From positions 102,428-166,427 of the forward strand of contig DATGKN010000161.1 of the NCBI GenBank assembly GCA_035294645.1: a stretch of 64,000 bases of DNA. The letters run 5' to 3'. Each line of letters starts with the position of its first letter. Within the stretch, counting starts at the first letter, position 1. This DNA is from Chloroflexota bacterium. Lineage in GTDB: Bacteria; Chloroflexota; UBA6077; JAJPHF01. Position numbers and translations under genes: made by a program. The notes beneath the pieces were generated by a model, which worked only from the letters and a program-made list of their open reading frames with translations, was not told where the DNA came from and did not search any database. Below, piece after piece: positions 1-10,512 of the stretch.

Positions 1-38
1 CGGCCGGGGGCTAGCGCGGCGGTGGCGCGAGGTGCCCC

Positions 39-1406
39 GTGAGCACCGGGAGCCGCGGCACCCCGCGGCCTCGCGACGGGCTATGGGGCGGCCTGGCGCT
101 ACTCACGGCGGCCGTGGTGTACGGCGCCATCGCCCTGCTGAGCCGGCCGGGGCCGCTGGCCGACCTGACCCACTACAAGTACTGGGCGCGGCTGGTGACC
201 GTCGAGGGGCTGCATGCGGCCTACAGCGGCACCTACCCCGAGACGTATGCGATCTACCCGCCCGTCACGCTGCTACCGTACCGGCTGGCTGGCGAGGTCT
301 ACCGCGCGGCGGTGGACCCGACTTTCGAGGAGGAGCGCGCGCTGGGCAGCCACACGCTGACAGTGCTCCTGCGCCTGGCCGCCATCGGCGCGCACCTGCT
401 GGTCGGCGCGCTGGTGTTCGCCGTGGCGCGCCGCGTGGCACCGGGCGGCGCCGCGCTGGGCGCGCTGGTGGCGTACCTCTTCAACCCCGGGGTGGGGTTC
501 GACGTAGCGCAGTGGGGCCAGCCCGACCCGGTGTTCGGGCTGTTCGTAGTAGGCGCGCTGGCGGCGGTGAGCTGGCCGCTGGCGCCCCCCGGCCCTACCC
601 CTTCCCCCACGAGCGGGAGCGTGGCCGTCGCGGTGGCGGGCGCGGCCGTCGTGCTGGCCGCCCTGGCCAAGCCGCAGGCCTGGGTCTACCTGCCGCTGTT
701 GGGGCTGCTGGTGCTGCGACGTAGCGGGCTCGTGGGCGCGCTGGCCGCAGGCACCGCCGGGGCCGCGACCGGGCTGTTGGTGGCGCTGCCCTACCTCCTG
801 CACGGCACCTGGCGCGAGTTGCTGGGCCTGCCGCGGGCGATCGCCAGCGTGATGCCCAACGTCTCGGCCAACGCTCACAACCTCTGGTGGTGCTTCACCC
901 AAGGAGCCGCGCGCTGGTACCTCGACCAAGAGGTGCTGGTCGCGCCGCTCAGCTACCGCCTGGTGGCGCTCGGGCTGGTGGGCGCCTGCGCGGGCCTCGC
1001 CGTGCTGCGCGCCTGGCGCGAGCCGACCCCGGGCGTGGTGTTCGCCACCGCTGCCTACACTGCCCTGGCCTTCTTCATGGGCATGACCCAGGTGCACGAG
1101 AACCACATGTACGTCGTGTTCCCCCTGCTGGCCGTGGCCGCCGCCAGCGATCGCCGGCTCTGGCCGCTGTACGCCGTGCTGACGGTGACCTGGCTGGCGA
1201 ATATGCTGCTGCATGATTTCGATCTCGCCGAGCCCTACCTCGCCCCGCTGCTGCCGTGGCCGCTGGCCAGCGTCCAGTGGGCCAACGCGCTGGTCAACAC
1301 CGTGGTGTTCGGCCTGTGGACCGTATGGCTGCTGGTCGACACCGTCCGGGCCTGGCTCGGACCACGCCCGCAGACCGCCTCCCTGGCGGCGGCGACCGAG
1401 CCCTGA
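39..1406 (+). CDS. Multi-pass membrane protein, GT-C-fold glycosyltransferase-like (DUF2029/PMT-like mannosyltransferase family)
   Basis: 455-aa ORF with more than 10 predicted TM helices. N-terminal YPPVTLLPY-type motif region typical of GT-C/DUF2029 enzymes. The first possible start is GTG at 39, after a stop at 12-14. Confidence 0.5.
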   Translation: MSTGSRGTPRPRDGLWGGLALLTAAVVYGAIALLSRPGPLADLTHYKYWARLVTVEGLHAAYSGTYPETYAIYPPVTLLPYRLAGEVYRAAVDPTFEEERALGSHTLTVLLRLAAIGAHLLVGALVFAVARRVAPGGAALGALVAYLFNPGVGFDVAQWGQPDPVFGLFVVGALAAVSWPLAPPGPTPSPTSGSVAVAVAGAAVVLAALAKPQAWVYLPLLGLLVLRRSGLVGALAAGTAGAATGLLVALPYLLHGTWRELLGLPRAIASVMPNVSANAHNLWWCFTQGAARWYLDQEVLVAPLSYRLVALGLVGACAGLAVLRAWREPTPGVVFATAAYTALAFFMGMTQVHENHMYVVFPLLAVAAASDRRLWPLYAVLTVTWLANMLLHDFDLAEPYLAPLLPWPLASVQWANALVNTVVFGLWTVWLLVDTVRAWLGPRPQTASLAAATEP

Positions 1407-1473
1407 GCCCCCTCGCGAACAGGACCGACCACGCGGCCAGTGGCCTATAGTGGAGAGAGCGCGAGGAGAAGGT

Positions 1474-1983
1474 ATGGAGCGGCCCACCGGCGATGCCCCC
1501 GATCACAACGCCCCGGCGCCAGGCGACGCCGCGGCGCTGGAGCAGCGTTACGCCGAGCGGCTGCTCGACGACGAGGCGCTGCGAGCCGATCTTACCGACG
1601 ACGAGTTCGCCCCCGCGCAGGCATGGGCCCTGGACCGACTGCACGCCCGCGTCGCCGCGCAGCCAGCGGCCGGCGCCGCCGAGCACGAACTGGAGCAGCT
1701 TGTGGCGGCGCAGCGCGCCGTACTGCAAGCGCTGAACGACCTCGTGGGGCGGCGTCTCGACCTCAGCTCCGAACAGTTCGCGGCGGGGGTCGAGGCGCTG
1801 GGCGCCACGCTCACCCCGGCGCTGTATGACAGCGTGGCAGCCATGGCCGCGGCCCGCGAGCGCTTGCGGCAGCAAGCCAGCGCGCTGGCGGCCCAGAAAG
1901 ACACCGACGACGGCGCGGCGCTAGTGGCGGCGCTGCTCGCCGCGCTCGACGCCCCCGTGCCACGGGGGGAGGAGACGGGATGA
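1474..1983 (+). CDS. Hypothetical Ala/Asp-rich protein
   Basis: ATG at 1474 preceded by a [12 protein letters not shown]. The stop overlaps the next gene's start (ATGA at 1980). The upstream extension to 1213 lacks an RBS. Confidence 0.5.
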   Translation: MERPTGDAPDHNAPAPGDAAALEQRYAERLLDDEALRADLTDDEFAPAQAWALDRLHARVAAQPAAGAAEHELEQLVAAQRAVLQALNDLVGRRLDLSSEQFAAGVEALGATLTPALYDSVAAMAAARERLRQQASALAAQKDTDDGAALVAALLAALDAPVPRGEETG

Positions 1984-3116
1984 ACCGGGCGGCACTGGCG
2001 CTGGTGGCCCTGCTAGTACTCGTCGCCCTGGTCGTGGGGGTGGCGCTACTGCGTGGTCGGCCCGAACTGGCCGGCCCCACGCGGCCGGTGCCCACGGGGA
2101 CGGGCGGCTGGTACACGGTGTACTTCACCGAGCCGAAGTACCCTGACCGGCCCGAGAACCGCCACGGCGGCCTCGACGAGAAGCTGGTGGCGTTTCTCGA
2201 CGAGGCCCAGCGCAGCCTCGACATCGCCATCTACGACTTCGACCTGGATAACGTGGCCGAGGCCTTGGCGCGCGCGCGCCAGCGCGGGGTGACCGTGCGC
2301 ATGGTGATCGACAGCGACACGCTCAACAACACGCGCGACGGGCAGGTCCAGGCCGCCCTGGGCAAGGTGCGCGCTGCGGGAATCCCGATCGTGCCCGATG
2401 AGCGCCAGGCGATCATGCACCACAAGTTCGTGGTCAAAGACGGCGCGGAGGTGTGGACCGGCTCCTGGAACTTCACCGTCGGTGACACCTACCGGCTGAA
2501 CAACAATGCCGCGCGGCTGCGCTCGGCGGAGCTGGCGGCCAACTACACGGCGGAGTTCCGCAAGTTGTTCGAGGCGCGCCAGTTCGGGCCCAACAAGCCG
2601 CCCGGGGTGCCGCACCCGGTGGTGACCATCGACGGCGCGCGCGTGGAGACGCTGTTCGCGCCGCAGGACCGGGTTGCCGCTCGCATCGCCGCGCGGCTGC
2701 GCGAGGCCCAGCAGAGCATCCGCTTTCTGGCGTTCTCGTTCACCCACGATGGCATCGCGCAGGCGCTGCTCGACCGCGCGGCCGCGGGCGTGGCTGTGAG
2801 CGGCGTGTTCGAGCGCACCGGCTCGGAGACGCGGTTCAGCGAGTACGGCAAGCTGAAGCAGGCGGGCCTCGACGTGTACCAGGACGGCAACCCCTACGCC
2901 ATGCACCACAAGGTGTTCATCGTCGACGAGCACACGACGCTGTTCGGCTCGTTCAACTTCAGCGACGGGGCGGACAAAGACAACGACGAGAACCTGCTGA
3001 TCGTGGACGACCCGGGCTTCGCCCACCTGTTCCTAGAGGAGTTCGAGCGCATGGTCGCCACCGCCAAAAACCCGCCGGTGCGCCGGGAGCGCGAGTCGCG
3101 CGAGCGCCCGCGGTAG
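1980..3116 (+). CDS. Phospholipase D-like protein with two HKD motifs (N-terminal TM anchor)
   Basis: HHKFVVKDG...GSWNF and HHKVFIVDE...GSFNFSDGADKDNDENL are duplicated HxKx4Dx6GSxN motifs. GGAGGAG SD. ATGA coupling to the upstream ORF. Confidence 0.8.
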   Translation: MNRAALALVALLVLVALVVGVALLRGRPELAGPTRPVPTGTGGWYTVYFTEPKYPDRPENRHGGLDEKLVAFLDEAQRSLDIAIYDFDLDNVAEALARARQRGVTVRMVIDSDTLNNTRDGQVQAALGKVRAAGIPIVPDERQAIMHHKFVVKDGAEVWTGSWNFTVGDTYRLNNNAARLRSAELAANYTAEFRKLFEARQFGPNKPPGVPHPVVTIDGARVETLFAPQDRVAARIAARLREAQQSIRFLAFSFTHDGIAQALLDRAAAGVAVSGVFERTGSETRFSEYGKLKQAGLDVYQDGNPYAMHHKVFIVDEHTTLFGSFNFSDGADKDNDENLLIVDDPGFAHLFLEEFERMVATAKNPPVRRERESRERPR

Positions 3117-3258
3117 CCACACGGCTGCCCATTAGAAGTGTGGGGCTGCCGAGCCAGGCGGCCGCCCACCCCACCGGGCGCCGTGCCATGCGAGCCCGTG
3201 CTATCCTGAAGCCACGCTTCCGGCGGGCGGTGGGCCGTGAGAGTGGGGGGAGGCTAGC

Positions 3259-3921
3259 ATGACTGGGCAATCCGAGCAGGAGATGGCCGCGTTCTTCGCG
3301 CAGCGGGGCTTCGGCCTACGCATCGGATTCGGCGAGCGGCCAGCAGTGGCGGTGATCGACTTCGTGTACGCCTTCACCGACCCGTCCCTGCCCCTCGGCG
3401 CCAATCTGGACCGCGAGATCGAGGCCACTCGCCGCGTGCTCGCCGCCGCGCGCGCAGCGGCGGTGCCGATCTTCTACACGGTGGTGTACTACGAGGAGCA
3501 GGACCTGCGCGACGCGGGGGTATGGGCGCTGAAGCAGAAGGGCGTGGCCACCCTGCGCGCCGGCACCCCGGCGGTCGAGCTAGACGCCCGGCTGGAGCGC
3601 CGCCCCGACGAGGCGATCATCGTCAAGAAGTACGCCAGCGCGTTTTTCGGTACCGACTTCATCTCGCGGCTGACCGCCCGCCGCATCGACACCCTGCTGA
3701 TCACGGGCTGCACGACCAGCGGCTGCGTGCGCGCCACGGCGGTCGACGCGCTGCAGTACGGGCTACGGCCGGTGGTGGTCCGGGAAGCGGTGGGCGACCG
3801 CGCGGAGCCCGCGCACCGCCAGAGTCTGTTCGATCTGGAGCAGAAGTACGCCGACGTGGTGGGCGTCGAGGAGGCAGTCGCCTACCTCGCCAGCCGGCGG
3901 CCTGCCGCCCAGGCAGTCTGA
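3259..3921 (+). CDS. Isochorismatase-family cysteine hydrolase
   Basis: AVAVIDFVYAF...ITGCTTSGCVRATAVDA is the catalytic Cys region of the isochorismatase/N-carbamoylsarcosine amidase family. GGGGGAGG SD. Confidence 0.8.
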   Translation: MTGQSEQEMAAFFAQRGFGLRIGFGERPAVAVIDFVYAFTDPSLPLGANLDREIEATRRVLAAARAAAVPIFYTVVYYEEQDLRDAGVWALKQKGVATLRAGTPAVELDARLERRPDEAIIVKKYASAFFGTDFISRLTARRIDTLLITGCTTSGCVRATAVDALQYGLRPVVVREAVGDRAEPAHRQSLFDLEQKYADVVGVEEAVAYLASRRPAAQAV

Positions 3922-4055
3922 GCGGGCGGCGCGGGAGCAGCCTGCTGCCTCGGCATGGGGCAGGCCCGGACCCGATCCGGCGCACAAAGGCAGGGAGCCG
4001 GCTGCGCGCCGCTTGGCTGGCGCCGACGGCGCGGCGTGGTGCGCGAAAAATCGCT

Positions 4056-4964
4056 CTAGGTGCCCGTGCGTGCCGCGATCGCGGCGACCGCCTGGTCGTA
4101 GTAGTGGGCGAAGTACCAGTCGGCGATCTCGTCGCTGGTGGTCAGCCAGACGCGCTGGTGCCGGACGACGTACTCCAGCGCTCGCGCCAGGTACTTGTGG
4201 CGGAACGGCTGGTTGATCAGGAATGGGTGCAGCGCCACGCAGAGCACCCGCCCGCTGGTGGCGCCCTCGGCGTACAGCTGGTCGAAGGCGTCGACGATCA
4301 TCTGGCCGAACTGCTCCGCGCTGAGCCCTTTGCCCAGAAAGGCCGGGATGTCGTTCAGCTCGATGGAGTACGGCACGGAGATCATGCGGCCGCCGCCACG
4401 CACCTGTAGTGGGTAGGGCTGGTCGTCGTTACACCAATCCAGCAGGTACGTCACGCCCAGCTCGGCCAGCAGGTGCGGGGTGTGGAACGTCTCCGTCAGC
4501 GCCGGGCCGAGCCACCCCTTGGGCTGGCGGCCGGTCCGCTCGCGGATGGTAGTCACCACCCCGGTGAGGTAGCGCCGCTCCTCCTCCTCGGTCATGTTGG
4601 CCTCGAGGATCGAGTTGTTCTTTCCGTGGGCGAGCCACACCCAGCCGCGCTTGTTGCCCTCCTCGATGATCTCCGGGTAGTAGTGGCAGACGTCGGCGTT
4701 GAGCAGGACGCTGGCGCGCAGGCCGAGTTGGTCGAGCAGGTCCATCATGCGCCACACGCCGACCCGCGGGGCGTAGTCGCGCCAGCCGTAGTTGAGTGGA
4801 TCGGGGACCAGCGATGCAGTCCCGGGGTGGATGCTGGTCGATGGCTTGTCGAGCTCGTAGTGCTCGATGTTCAGGCCGATCCAGAACGCCACCCGGGCCC
4901 CGTGGGGCAGCTCCAGGCGCGGGCGGCGGATCAGCGGCCAGTACGCGTATAGCGTGTTCTCCAC
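4056..4964 (-). CDS. Polysaccharide deacetylase family protein (PuuE/NodB-like)
   Basis: ENTLYAYWP...RVAFWIGLNIEHYE...HGKNNS pattern of the PuuE-type deacetylase. GTG start with a GGGAGG SD at 4964. The longer ORF extends to 5042. Confidence 0.7.
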   Translation of the reverse strand: MENTLYAYWPLIRRPRLELPHGARVAFWIGLNIEHYELDKPSTSIHPGTASLVPDPLNYGWRDYAPRVGVWRMMDLLDQLGLRASVLLNADVCHYYPEIIEEGNKRGWVWLAHGKNNSILEANMTEEEERRYLTGVVTTIRERTGRQPKGWLGPALTETFHTPHLLAELGVTYLLDWCNDDQPYPLQVRGGGRMISVPYSIELNDIPAFLGKGLSAEQFGQMIVDAFDQLYAEGATSGRVLCVALHPFLINQPFRHKYLARALEYVVRHQRVWLTTSDEIADWYFAHYYDQAVAAIAARTGT

Positions 4965-5207
4965 GGGCGCACCTCCCGTATGCTGCGGCTCGACCGCGGC
5001 GCCTGGCCGCAGGGTACCGGCGCGCTGGGGGCCTGTCAACACCTCGGCGCGCCGCCCCAGCCCGCCGCTACGCCCACGGGTGCGCCGCCGCTGGTGGTAG
5101 CGAGCGCATCGGGTGCCGGCGCGCGGCCCCTATACAGCTGGGCGAGGGGATAGTACGATGGGTGTGCAGCGAGTGGACAGCCCTCGTGAACGCCCCGAGG
5201 AGGCAGT

Positions 5208-5444
5208 ATGACGACCTTCGCGGACCTGGAAGCGGACAACCCGAACATCCGGCAGCAGTACGACGAGTGGCGCGAGGCGCGCGCGGCCGCGGGCGAGGAT
5301 CCCGTGGACTGGGGCGCCTTCCGCGAGCACCTGATGGCCATCGGCGCGCCGGACCCTGGCGAGCGGCCACCCGACGACTTCGTGGGCGAGGACTTCAAGG
5401 CGGCCAATCCCGAGTGGACCCAGCGCTGGTACGGCAGCGGCTGA
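5208..5444 (+). CDS. Hypothetical small acidic protein (78 aa)
   Basis: ATG with a GAGGAGG SD. No recognisable domain. Confidence 0.4.
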   Translation: MTTFADLEADNPNIRQQYDEWREARAAAGEDPVDWGAFREHLMAIGAPDPGERPPDDFVGEDFKAANPEWTQRWYGSG

Positions 5445-5833
5445 GGCTATCTCGGGCAGGCCGGGTGGGGCCGCTCCTGCAGCCCAGGGGCGGCCTTGCT
5501 ACTGCTCGGCGCCCTACGGTGCCCCCCAAAACATGGGCGCTGAGCGCCCCCGCGCGGGGCCCCACCGCCTGCCGCCGCGCCGGCGAGCACGGGCGCTGTG
5601 GCTTTACCGAAGCTTAACCTCGTCGCCCCCCCCACCACAACGGCCCGTTGCGGATACTGGTCGCAGGCTCGCGGTGGTGCGGGCTGCCACCTGTTCACAC
5701 GGCCCTCCACCGCCGATAGTCCAGTTAGTGGGGAAGTTGCGCTGCCGCGGCGTGCTGGCGTCCCCGTCGCTCAGCCGCTGCTGATGGCCGTGCGCCGGTC
5801 ACGATGCGCGGACAGCCGGGTGTCGAGGAGTTC

Positions 5834-6694
5834 ATGAACAGGAAGCAGGCCGGGTCGCTCCTCATTGGGGTCGGCGTTCTCATCGCGCTGGTCGTGGCGG
5901 GCCTCGTGTACCTGCAGCTCCGGGCGGCCGAGGAGAAGCTGACGCAGGTGCCCACGACGCGCGTGATCGTGGCGCGGCAGGACATCCCCGAACAAGGACA
6001 GGTGACCGCCGCGGCGATCGGCTCGGCGATGATCTCGACCGAGGTGTTGCCGGCGCGGCCGATCACCACCGAGAGCAACGCGGTGGGCAAATACGCCCGC
6101 CAGCGCATCTACCGGGGCGATATCCTGACCGAGGACCGCGTGGTCAGCCTGGATCAGATCCGGCGCGATCTCGCGGTCGGCCGGCCCGCCCCCGCACCAT
6201 CGTTGGTGCTCGATCGCGACCAGGTGATGTTCGTCTTGCCGTCGCGCATGGCGGGCCAGTTCGCCGGCCAGAACGCCAACCTGCTGACCGCTGTCGACGC
6301 CGTGCGCCCCGGCGACTACGTCGACATCCTCGTCACCACCCTGGAGCTGCCCGATACGCTGTCGCCGGAGCAGCGCGAGGAGATCCGCCAGCAGCGCCCC
6401 TGGGACTACCTGCGCACGCGGGTGATGTTCCAGAACCTGCGCGTGTACAACGTCGGCCAGTTCCCCAGCCCCGAGGGCGACAAGGGCCAGCCGCGCAGCG
6501 ACGAGAAGTACCTGACGTTCATCGTGGACCGCGAAACCGCGCTGCAGCTGAAGTGGCTCAAGGACATCGTCGCGCTGGGGCAGGCCAATGTCGATTTCGT
6601 CCTGCGTTCCCCCTCGAACCCCGAGGTGGCGCCGTCGGAGCCGCTGACGGTGCAGGATATCCGCCAGCGCTACGGCCTGTACAGTCGCCAGTAG
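5834..6694 (+). CDS. cpaB: Flp pilus assembly protein CpaB (SAF domain)
   Basis: N-terminal TM anchor, then a RcpC/CpaB-like region (RVIVARQDIPEQGQVTAAAI...). First gene of the cpaE-cpaF-tadB-tadC series. GAGGAG SD before the ATG at 5834. Confidence 0.8.
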   Translation: MNRKQAGSLLIGVGVLIALVVAGLVYLQLRAAEEKLTQVPTTRVIVARQDIPEQGQVTAAAIGSAMISTEVLPARPITTESNAVGKYARQRIYRGDILTEDRVVSLDQIRRDLAVGRPAPAPSLVLDRDQVMFVLPSRMAGQFAGQNANLLTAVDAVRPGDYVDILVTTLELPDTLSPEQREEIRQQRPWDYLRTRVMFQNLRVYNVGQFPSPEGDKGQPRSDEKYLTFIVDRETALQLKWLKDIVALGQANVDFVLRSPSNPEVAPSEPLTVQDIRQRYGLYSRQ

Positions 6695-6710
6695 GGCCGA
6701 GGGGGGCAGC

Positions 6711-8069
6711 ATGCAGTCCGAGGACGAGCGCGGCGCCGGACACGGTGTCGTGAGCGCACCGCGGCCCGGCGAACGCACCGCAGCGAGGACCGAGGTGGCG
6801 GCACAGAAGATCCGGGTGCTGGTGGTCGACGATTTCGCCGAGGCGCGAGCCAGCGTCGCCAAGCTGCTCCAGTTCGAGCCGGACATCGAGGTGGTCGGCG
6901 GCGCCGAGGATGGCCCTACGGCCTTGCGGCTCGCCCGCGAGCAGCGCCCGGATATCATCCTGATGGACATCAATATGCCGGGCATGGACGGCATCCGTAC
7001 CACCGAAGCGGTGGTCGCCGAGGTGCCGCTGGCCCAGGTAATCATGATGTCCGTGCAGGGGGAGACGGACTATCTGCGCCGCGCGATGCTGGCCGGCGCG
7101 CGCGACTTCCTGGTGAAGCCGTTCGGGGCCGACGAACTGGCCAACACCATCCGCCGCGTGTACGAGCTGGACGCCGAGCGCCGCGCCCGCCTCGGCGCCG
7201 TGGCGGCCGCCCCCGCCCAGCCGCCCGCGCCCACCCGCCAGGGCCGCATCGTGGTCATGTTTAGCCCCAAGGGCGGCGTGGGCCGCACGGTCATCGGCGT
7301 CAACCTAGCCATCGCGCTGCGCACCCTCACCGGGGCACGGGTGGCTTTGGCCGACTGCAACCTGCAGTTCGGCGATGTGGGGATCATGCTCAACCTCGCG
7401 GGGCCCAAGACAATCCAGGACTTGCTGCACCGCGAGCCGGACGAGCTGACCCCCGAGGTGCTCGACAGCGTCATGCTGCCGCACGCCTCGGGCGTGCGGG
7501 TGCTGCTGGCGCCCGCGCGGCCGGAGGTCGCCGAGCTCTTCACCGCCGAGCACATGCGCGCCATTCTCACCGCCCTGCGGCGCGATTTCGACTACCTCGT
7601 GATCGACACCTGGACCACGTTCCAGGACCTAATGCTGACGATCTTCGACCACGCGGATCGCATCCTGCTGCTGACCACGCTCGATATCCCCGCGGTCAAG
7701 AATATCCGTATGTTCCTCGACGTCTGCGAGGCACTCGGCTACCCGCCCGAGAAGGTCGTGCTGGCGCTGAATCGCGCCGACAGCACCGGCGGGATCGACA
7801 TCGAGGACATCGAGGAGAGCTTGCGGCACAAGGTGGCGGCGCGATTGGTCAGCGCAGGCCCGCTGGTGACCGCCTCGATCAACAGCGGCGTGCCGTTCGT
7901 GGTCAGCCAGCCAGACGCCCAGATCTCGCGCAACGTGTTCGCGCTCGCCAGACAGTTGTTGACGCCTGAGGACCTGGCGCGCGTGGAGGCCGGGGAGCGT
8001 CCGGCCGTCGCACCGACGCGGGCCGGGTTCGGGCTACGCCGCCTGTTCCGCCACCGAGGAGCTGAATAG
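6711..8069 (+). CDS. cpaE: Flp pilus assembly ATPase CpaE/TadZ with N-terminal response-regulator receiver domain
   Basis: REC-like VLVVDDF...DIILMDINMPGMDG...LVKPF followed by the MinD/ParA-type P-loop MFSPKGGVGRT. Confidence 0.8.
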   Translation: MQSEDERGAGHGVVSAPRPGERTAARTEVAAQKIRVLVVDDFAEARASVAKLLQFEPDIEVVGGAEDGPTALRLAREQRPDIILMDINMPGMDGIRTTEAVVAEVPLAQVIMMSVQGETDYLRRAMLAGARDFLVKPFGADELANTIRRVYELDAERRARLGAVAAAPAQPPAPTRQGRIVVMFSPKGGVGRTVIGVNLAIALRTLTGARVALADCNLQFGDVGIMLNLAGPKTIQDLLHREPDELTPEVLDSVMLPHASGVRVLLAPARPEVAELFTAEHMRAILTALRRDFDYLVIDTWTTFQDLMLTIFDHADRILLLTTLDIPAVKNIRMFLDVCEALGYPPEKVVLALNRADSTGGIDIEDIEESLRHKVAARLVSAGPLVTASINSGVPFVVSQPDAQISRNVFALARQLLTPEDLARVEAGERPAVAPTRAGFGLRRLFRHRGAE

Positions 8070-9530
8070 ATGGGCTTGCTACGACGTATCGAGGGCGCGG
8101 GCGCGCCGCCCCCGGCGGCCCCGGCGCCACCCTACGCGGTGCCCGCCACGCCTGCGCCCTCTCCAACCCCACCCCCCCCAGGCGGCAACGGTGCCCAGGG
8201 CCAGCCGCCCGCCGCGCCCCTGCGCACGGGGCTCACCGTCGCTAACCCCACTGCGCGCACCGTAAGCTTGGGGCGCGACCTGAAGATGCGGGTCAAGAAC
8301 CGGCTCATCGCCGAGCTCGACCCCGAGATGGACCTCTCCAAGACCGCCGAGGTGCGGCAGCGCATCAAGATGCTGTTCGACCTGGTGGTGGAGAGCGAGA
8401 ACATCGTGCTCACCCGGGTGGAGCGCGAGCGGCTGTTCGAGGAGGTGACCGCCGACATCATCGGCTTCGGCCCGATCGAGCCGCTGCTGCAGGACCCGAC
8501 CATCAACGAGGTGATGGTCAACGGTCCCAACCAGGTGTACGTCGAGCAGCGCGGGCGGCTGTATCGCACCGACGTCGTGTTCGACGACGACGAACACGTG
8601 CGGCGGATCATCGACCGCATCGTCTCGCCGCTGGGGCGCCACGTGGACGAGGCGTCGCCGCTGTGCGACGCACGCCTACCCGATGGCTCTCGCGTGAATA
8701 TCGCAATCCCCCCGATCTCGCTCATCGGCCCGACGATCACTATCCGGAAGTTCTCCAAGAACCCCCTCGGCATCGACGACCTGATCCGCTTCGGCACGAT
8801 GACACCCGAGATCGCCGAGTTTCTGCGCGCCTGCGTGGTCGCGCGCCTCAACATCGTGATCTCGGGCGGCACCGGTTCGGGCAAGACGACGCTGCTCAAC
8901 GTGCTGTCGTCGTTCATTCCGAACGACGAGCGGATCATCACGATCGAAGATGCCGCCGAGCTGCAGCTGCGTCAGGAGCACGTGGTGCGCCTCGAGGCGC
9001 GCCCACCGAACATCGAGGGCAAGGGCGCCATCACTATCCGCGACCTGGTGATCAACGCCCTGCGTATGCGCCCCGACCGCATCGTGGTGGGCGAGTGCCG
9101 CGGGCGCGAGGCGCTGGACATGCTCCAGGCGATGAACACCGGCCACGATGGCTCGCTGACCACCGCGCACGCCAACAGCCCGCGCGACGTGCTCTCGCGC
9201 CTGGAGACGATGGTCCTGATGGCCGGCATGGACCTGCCCGTGCGCGCCATTCGCGAGCAGATCTCCTCGGCTGTCGACCTGATCGTGCACCAGGCGCGCC
9301 TGCGCGATGGCTCGCGCAAGATCACGCACATCACCGAGGTTCAGGGCATGGAGGGCGACACGATCACCCTGCAGGACGTCTTCCTGTTCGAGCAGGAGGC
9401 CTACGAGAGCGGCAAGGTGATCGGCCGCATTCGGCCCACGGGCGTGCGCCCGAAGTTCATGCCCAAGCTGGAGGACGCGGGTATCCACCTGCCCGCCACG
9501 GTGTTCGGGTTGCCCGACCGGTTCTTCTAG
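8070..9530 (+). CDS. cpaF: Tad secretion ATPase CpaF/TadA (type II/IV secretion NTPase)
   Basis: Walker [10 protein letters not shown] and the VirB11/CpaF family signature, with a Pro/Ala-rich N-terminus. Confidence 0.85.
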   Translation: MGLLRRIEGAGAPPPAAPAPPYAVPATPAPSPTPPPPGGNGAQGQPPAAPLRTGLTVANPTARTVSLGRDLKMRVKNRLIAELDPEMDLSKTAEVRQRIKMLFDLVVESENIVLTRVERERLFEEVTADIIGFGPIEPLLQDPTINEVMVNGPNQVYVEQRGRLYRTDVVFDDDEHVRRIIDRIVSPLGRHVDEASPLCDARLPDGSRVNIAIPPISLIGPTITIRKFSKNPLGIDDLIRFGTMTPEIAEFLRACVVARLNIVISGGTGSGKTTLLNVLSSFIPNDERIITIEDAAELQLRQEHVVRLEARPPNIEGKGAITIRDLVINALRMRPDRIVVGECRGREALDMLQAMNTGHDGSLTTAHANSPRDVLSRLETMVLMAGMDLPVRAIREQISSAVDLIVHQARLRDGSRKITHITEVQGMEGDTITLQDVFLFEQEAYESGKVIGRIRPTGVRPKFMPKLEDAGIHLPATVFGLPDRFF

Positions 9531-9545
9531 CCCGAGGGGAGGACG

Positions 9546-10511
9546 ATGGCCCTGCTGTTCGCGGCGCTGCTCGGTGTGGGGATCGTGCTGGCCTTCATCG
9601 GCCTGGAGCGCCTGCTGCGCAACGACGACCCGGCGTTCGAGAGTCGCCTGCGGCGCTATGCCCTGCGCGAGGGCGCCCTGCTCGACGAGCCGTCAGGAGG
9701 GCGTAGCAGCGGCGTGATCACCCGCCAGGTGGGCAAGGCGATCGCCGGCCGCTCGTTCGCCCAGAACCTTCAGGCCGAGCTGGGCCGCGCCGATGTCAAG
9801 CTCACGGCCGCCGAGTTCCTCATCCTGCAGGCTACCAGCACGCTGCTGCTGATGGCCTTCGGCTACGCGCTGGTCAGCTTGCTGTTCAGCCCCAACATGC
9901 TCGCCTTCCCCATCTTTGGCCTGCTTGGCTTCGCGCTGCCCAAGGTGTGGTTGCAGCGCCGCGAGGCCGCGCGGCTGCGGGCCTTCAACGACCAGCTCGC
10001 CGACACGATCATTCTCATGAGCAACTCGCTGCGCGCCGGCATGAGCCTTCTGCAAGCGATGGACCTGGTAGCGCGTGAGGCGACGTCGCCGATCGCCGAC
10101 GAGTTCCAGCGGGTGGTGCGCGAGGTCGGCTTGGGGCTGTCACCGCAGGACGCCCTGCTGCACCTCGTCAACCGGATCCGCAGCGAGGATCTCGACCTGA
10201 TGGTGACAGCAATGCTGGTGCAGCACGAGGTGGGCGGCAATTTGGCGCGCATTCTGGACACTATCGCCCACACCATCCGCGAGCGCGTGAAGCTGAAGGG
10301 CGAGATCCGCACGCTGACCAGCCAGGGGCGCATGTCGGGCTGGATCCTGGCGGCGTTGCCGGTGGTGGTCGCGTCAGTGCTGCTGCTGGTCAGCCCCCAG
10401 TACATGCGGCCGCTGTTCGATATGCCGTACCTGATCTTGCCGGTGCTCGCGGCCATCAGCGTGGTGATCGGCCACCTGGTGATCCAGCGCATCGTGAATA
10501 TCGAGATCTGA
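9546..10511 (+). CDS. tadB: Flp pilus assembly inner-membrane protein TadB (T2SS F domain)
   Basis: GspF-like TM topology. Position immediately after cpaF. Confidence 0.8.
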   Translation: MALLFAALLGVGIVLAFIGLERLLRNDDPAFESRLRRYALREGALLDEPSGGRSSGVITRQVGKAIAGRSFAQNLQAELGRADVKLTAAEFLILQATSTLLLMAFGYALVSLLFSPNMLAFPIFGLLGFALPKVWLQRREAARLRAFNDQLADTIILMSNSLRAGMSLLQAMDLVAREATSPIADEFQRVVREVGLGLSPQDALLHLVNRIRSEDLDLMVTAMLVQHEVGGNLARILDTIAHTIRERVKLKGEIRTLTSQGRMSGWILAALPVVVASVLLLVSPQYMRPLFDMPYLILPVLAAISVVIGHLVIQRIVNIEI

Positions 10512-10512
10512 G

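Noticed and set aside
1213-1473. Longer start for the hypothetical gene at 1474
   Set aside because: The extension overlaps the 3' end of the GT-C-like gene with no SD. ATG 1474 has a [12 protein letters not shown].
273-1487. Long antisense ORFs throughout the window, for example 273-1487(-), 2046-3026(-), 5771-7045(-), 8132-8941(-), 11857-12819(-), 22801-23892(-), 41270-42280(-), 42148-43182(+), 44602-45618(+), 45543-46478(+), 47479-48987(-), 59705-60499(+), 61709-63097(+)
   Set aside because: They overlap well-supported genes on the opposite strand or in another frame. They have Arg/Ala/Pro/Gly-rich low-complexity translations and no RBS. This is the typical artefact of open frames in 70% GC DNA.
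5445-5833. Searched the 390-bp region upstream of cpaB for a Flp pilin gene or ncRNA
   Set aside because: No short hydrophobic ORF with an RBS was found. There is only a GGGCGCUGAGCGCCC hairpin (5537-5551) without a U-tract. It is probably a promoter/leader region.
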